Origin: Candidatus Cloacimonadales bacterium
GTDB lineage: Bacteria > Cloacimonadota > Cloacimonadia > Cloacimonadales > JAFGVF01
Reading direction: 5' to 3'
DNA: 64,000 bases
Assembly: GCA_963678315.1 (NCBI GenBank)
Contig: OY782781.1
Location: forward strand, 2,176,001-2,240,000
Part shown: positions 60,509 to 64,000 of the stretch, in pieces
Position numbering within the stretch: the stretch's first letter is position 1
Layout: every line of letters begins with the position of its first letter
Program-made: the position numbers and the translations under genes
The notes under the pieces: generated by a model
What the model saw: only the letters and a program-made list of their open reading frames with translations
What the model was told of the DNA's origin: nothing
The model's database searches: none

Positions 60509-62727
60509 TAATGTATTTCCTCTCCACATTTTGGGCAAACTAAATGTTTACCTTTTGCTTTAGTATACTTTTCTTCTACATAATAATTACCACAGCTTGG
60601 ACACTCTGTTGCTACAGGTTTATTCCATGATACAAACTTACATTCAGGATAATTTGTACAACTATAGAATGTCTTACCTCTTTTTGAACGTTTCATAGTA
60701 ATCATTCCATCTTCACATTCTGGGCATTTAACACCTGTATCGAGAGGTTTAGTAAATTTACATTCTGGATAATTAGAACAAGCAATAAACTTGCCATATC
60801 GTCCATTCTTTAAAACTAAACCAGAACCACATTCAGGGCACTTTTCATCGAGAGTCTTCTCTTTTTCTACAACTATTTTACCTTCTTCATCACGATGGAA
60901 ATTCTTAATTGATTTACACTCAGGATAGTTTGAACAACCAAGGAACTCTCCTTGTCTTCCCCACCTGATAATGTAATGTCCTTCTTCACATTCTTCACAT
61001 TTGATATCAGTATGTTCTAGGAATTTCTCTTTTTCTTCTTTAATATTAACAGATTCTATCAGTTTAATGAGCTCATTGTAGTACTTTTCTAGAATCTCTT
61101 CCATTCCAACACCACCTGATTCAATTTCATCAAGTTTACGTTCCATATCAGCAGTAAATAGAACATTAAAAGTTGAATCAAACTTACCGCTTAAGAAAGT
61201 GTTTACTTTTGTACCTAAGTCAGTAGGATGAAGTAATCTTTCAATTAATGATACATATTTTCTGTCTGTGATAGTTGAAATGATTGCTGAGTAAGTTGAA
61301 GGTCTTCCTATTTCTTTAGCTTCAAGTTCTTTAATTAACGAAGCTTCAGAGTATCTTGAAGGTGCTTGTGTAAATTTTTGTTGTGGTGAAATATCGTTTA
61401 TTTCTAATAAATCATTAATTTGATAATTAGGATCAATCAATTCTCCCAACGAAGTTGAAACATATTGATAAGCAAGGGTAAAGCCCTTATCAAGAATAAC
61501 AGAACCTTTTGTGGTAAATTCAGCAATTCCTGCTTCAACCAAGACTTTTACATTCTCAAGTTTCATTGGAATCATTTGAGTAGCAACAAATCTATTCCAG
61601 ATAAGACTATACAACCTAAACTGTTCAGGTGTTAACGAAGCTTTTATTGATTCAGGAGTTTTATAAACATCGGTAGGTCTGATTGCTTCATGAGCATCTT
61701 GTGCTTTAGATTTAGTCTTATAATTACGAACTGTTGGATTAAGCTTTTCAGCTCCAAAACGTTCTTTAATTAAACTTCTACAAGATTCTTTCGCTTCATC
61801 AGCAATTCTTAGAGAGTCAGTTCTCATATAAGTTATCAAACCGCTATGCTCTCCATTAATAGAAATGCCTTCATACAATTCTTGAGCTATTCTCATTGTT
61901 CTTTTAGGACTAAATTTAGATATTCTTGAAGCATCTTGTTGTAATGTAGAAGTTATATAAGGTGCAGGAGGATTAACACTCTTTTTATTTTTAACTATAT
62001 CCAAGAGTTTTGCTTGGGACTTTTGAATCCCTTCAACAATAGCAAGAGCTTCTTTTTCATTAGCAACTTTTTGCTTCTTACCGTTAATTTTGGTGAGTTC
62101 TCCTGAAAAATCAGCTAATTGGTCTTTCCAAAACTTTGCTGAAATCTTCCAATACTCTTCAGGAACAAAAGCATTTATTTCTTCTTCTTTTTCACATATC
62201 AATCTAAGAGCAACAGACTGTACTCTACCAGCACTTAGTTCTTTAGCGATAACTTTCCAAAGAATAGGACTAACCTTATAGCCAACTATTCTATCAAGAA
62301 TTCTCCTCGCTTGTTGAGCATTAACTTTATCCATATCAATATTACCAGGATTTTTAATAGCTTCTCTAATAGCTTTTTTGGTAATTTCATTAAAAGTAAT
62401 TCTATGAACAGGCTTTCCTTTAATCTCTTTCTTTAGCAACTCTTGTAAATGCCATGCAATTGCTTCCCCTTCTCTATCATGGTCACTTGCTAAATATATT
62501 TCAGGTGCATCTTTAGCTTTGCTTTTTAACTCTTTTACTATCTTAGTCTTTGTTCTATCAGTTACATATCTTGCTTCAAAATTCTTTTCTACATTGATAC
62601 CTAAAGTTGTTTTAGGTAAATCTCTAATATGCCCCATTGAAGCAGCAATTGTATATTTATTATCTAAGAATTTACTTATTGTCTTTGCTTTGGCAGGTGA
62701 CTCCACAATAATCAGTTTTTTAGCCAT
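60508..62727 (-). CDS. topA: DNA topoisomerase I
   Basis: IVESPAKAKTI, DHDREGEAI, SAGRVQS, ITYMRTDS and C4 zinc ribbons. Confidence 0.98.
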   Translation of the reverse strand: MAKKLIIVESPAKAKTISKFLDNKYTIAASMGHIRDLPKTTLGINVEKNFEARYVTDRTKTKIVKELKSKAKDAPEIYLASDHDREGEAIAWHLQELLKKEIKGKPVHRITFNEITKKAIREAIKNPGNIDMDKVNAQQARRILDRIVGYKVSPILWKVIAKELSAGRVQSVALRLICEKEEEINAFVPEEYWKISAKFWKDQLADFSGELTKINGKKQKVANEKEALAIVEGIQKSQAKLLDIVKNKKSVNPPAPYITSTLQQDASRISKFSPKRTMRIAQELYEGISINGEHSGLITYMRTDSLRIADEAKESCRSLIKERFGAEKLNPTVRNYKTKSKAQDAHEAIRPTDVYKTPESIKASLTPEQFRLYSLIWNRFVATQMIPMKLENVKVLVEAGIAEFTTKGSVILDKGFTLAYQYVSTSLGELIDPNYQINDLLEINDISPQQKFTQAPSRYSEASLIKELEAKEIGRPSTYSAIISTITDRKYVSLIERLLHPTDLGTKVNTFLSGKFDSTFNVLFTADMERKLDEIESGGVGMEEILEKYYNELIKLIESVNIKEEKEKFLEHTDIKCEECEEGHYIIRWGRQGEFLGCSNYPECKSIKNFHRDEEGKIVVEKEKTLDEKCPECGSGLVLKNGRYGKFIACSNYPECKFTKPLDTGVKCPECEDGMITMKRSKRGKTFYSCTNYPECKFVSWNKPVATECPSCGNYYVEEKYTKAKGKHLVCPKCGEEIH

Positions 62728-62734
62728 TTTTCCT

Positions 62735-63166
62735 CTAGTGTTCGTATTTGAAAATACTATTTATATTTTTTCCATTATCTGTTAAAAGTGTTTCTATAAA
62801 GTCTTTCATTGAAGCTTGATCTACTTCTGCAAAATTAACCATAGTTATAATCTTATCCATTTTTAATTTTGAAACTGGTTGATCTGTATTGAAATAAAGA
62901 TGTAAACATAGTTGAAGTATCTTCTCTAAGCTAACATCATCTATAGAATTTATATTATACATATTCATCAGATACCCATAAGCTTTCACAGTCATTGCTC
63001 TTGATTCAATAATATCAAGTGTTCTATGGTATTTTTTCTTTACATCTTCCTTGGATATATGTTTCTTTACTAAGTCTATGAGTTGATCTTCTGTTAATCC
63101 ATCAAGAAAATCTTCTTCAAATATATGCATCAAACTCTTCTTTAGTACATCCAAACTTTTCTTCAT
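62735..63166 (-). CDS. Hypothetical protein (sits in the smg/DUF494 position upstream of topA)
   Basis: 143-aa ORF packed tightly between secA and topA. Confidence 0.6.
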   Translation of the reverse strand: MKKSLDVLKKSLMHIFEEDFLDGLTEDQLIDLVKKHISKEDVKKKYHRTLDIIESRAMTVKAYGYLMNMYNINSIDDVSLEKILQLCLHLYFNTDQPVSKLKMDKIITMVNFAEVDQASMKDFIETLLTDNGKNINSIFKYEH

Positions 63167-64000
63167 TTATTCCTCATCTAAAACTTTTTTGCCACAACAT
63201 TTCTTGTATTTTTTTCCACTACCACATGGGCAAGGGTCATTTCTACCTATCTTTTCAGCATTCACAATTGGCTTAGTTTTAGCTTGTGAATTAGGCATAT
63301 TCATCTTAGGCATTTGCGGTTTATCTTGAGTTTCTACATTTGCTTGTTTTGAGTTGTTAAAAGAACTCATTTCATTATGCATTGTATTAATTCTATCCAT
63401 AACATCTTCTAAGTTTGCCTGAGTTACAAGAACTCTTGTAAATACTCTTTTAGCAACCTGTTCTTGAATCTCAAATATCATGTTTTGGAAAACATTGAAA
63501 CTCTCTTTTTTATATTCAATAAGAGGATCTTTGTTGCCATAAGCACGTAAGCTAATACCTTCTTGTAAAAGGTCCATCTCTCTTAAGTGTTCTCGCCAAT
63601 TAGTATCAACTGTCTCTAGTAGACTACGTCTTTCTAATTCACGTTGGTTCTCTTCACCAACAATATCTTCTTTATTGTTATAAGCTTTGAGTAGGCGTTC
63701 TTCAAACTCATTTCTGATAACATTTATATCTAAGTTATTTATATCAAAATTATCGATTTTAATTGGCACTCCAAAGTTAACTCGAATCCAAGTTGCTATT
63801 TCATCAACCTCTTCTAATGTTGGATAACTTTCATTTTCAACAATTCTATCAATTACATTATTGATTGAATCTGTAATCATATTAAGAATCTCATTCTTAA
63901 GATCATAACCTTGTAGAACATTATTGCGATATTGATAAATGATTTCACGTTGTGACGTCATTACCTCATCATATTTAATTAATCTTTTTCTTATTTCAAA
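63167..64000 (-). CDS. secA: Preprotein translocase SecA, 3' portion (5' end outside the window)
   Basis: [28 protein letters not shown] and SEC-C motif [19 protein letters not shown]. Confidence 0.97.
   Translation of the reverse strand, partial: FEIRKRLIKYDEVMTSQREIIYQYRNNVLQGYDLKNEILNMITDSINNVIDRIVENESYPTLEEVDEIATWIRVNFGVPIKIDNFDINNLDINVIRNEFEERLLKAYNNKEDIVGEENQRELERRSLLETVDTNWREHLREMDLLQEGISLRAYGNKDPLIEYKKESFNVFQNMIFEIQEQVAKRVFTRVLVTQANLEDVMDRINTMHNEMSSFNNSKQANVETQDKPQMPKMNMPNSQAKTKPIVNAEKIGRNDPCPCGSGKKYKKCCGKKVLDEE

Noticed and set aside
31742..62785. Numerous short antisense or alternate-frame ORFs inside housekeeping genes
   Set aside because: They overlap well-supported genes and lack an RBS or recognisable motifs.

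Overview
AT-rich bacterial chromosomal window. Several secreted proteins end in NYPNPFNP…IYNIKGQ…KM(I/S)L(L/M)K FlgD-Ig/T9SS-like C-terminal domains, which suggests Candidatus Cloacimonadota (inference). The left ~30 kb is accessory. It holds two homologous, decayed phage-derived islands (~197-14493 and ~16045-29932) separated by a GNAT gene and a six-tRNA operon (Gly-Cys-Leu-Gly-Leu-Gly). Both islands share a left frame of phage head-completion genes and a right frame made of a 122-aa orphan gene plus a ~310-bp array of six TGACA-N6-TTTCC-like sites with conserved spacing. Their middles hold different cargoes of large secreted proteins. Island 1 carries an ECF sigma factor, a lipoprotein and a 1483-aa beta-helix protein that replace the capsid region of the phage. 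Island 2 carries an IS4-like element and a three-gene cohesin/dockerin operon, including a 2227-aa protein with a ~3.5x perfect 1368-bp tandem repeat. The right ~33 kb is mostly housekeeping: purH, a MacB-type ABC transporter, TPR and DUF4175-like genes, a Ni/Co transporter, gdhA, mutM, a radical SAM gene, a Ser/Thr kinase-STAND-TPR-GAF-His kinase hybrid coupled to uvrC-uvrB, queC, a nuclease, topA and the 3' end of secA. No CRISPR array or rRNA gene was seen. All family assignments come from motif recognition by eye, not from database searches.
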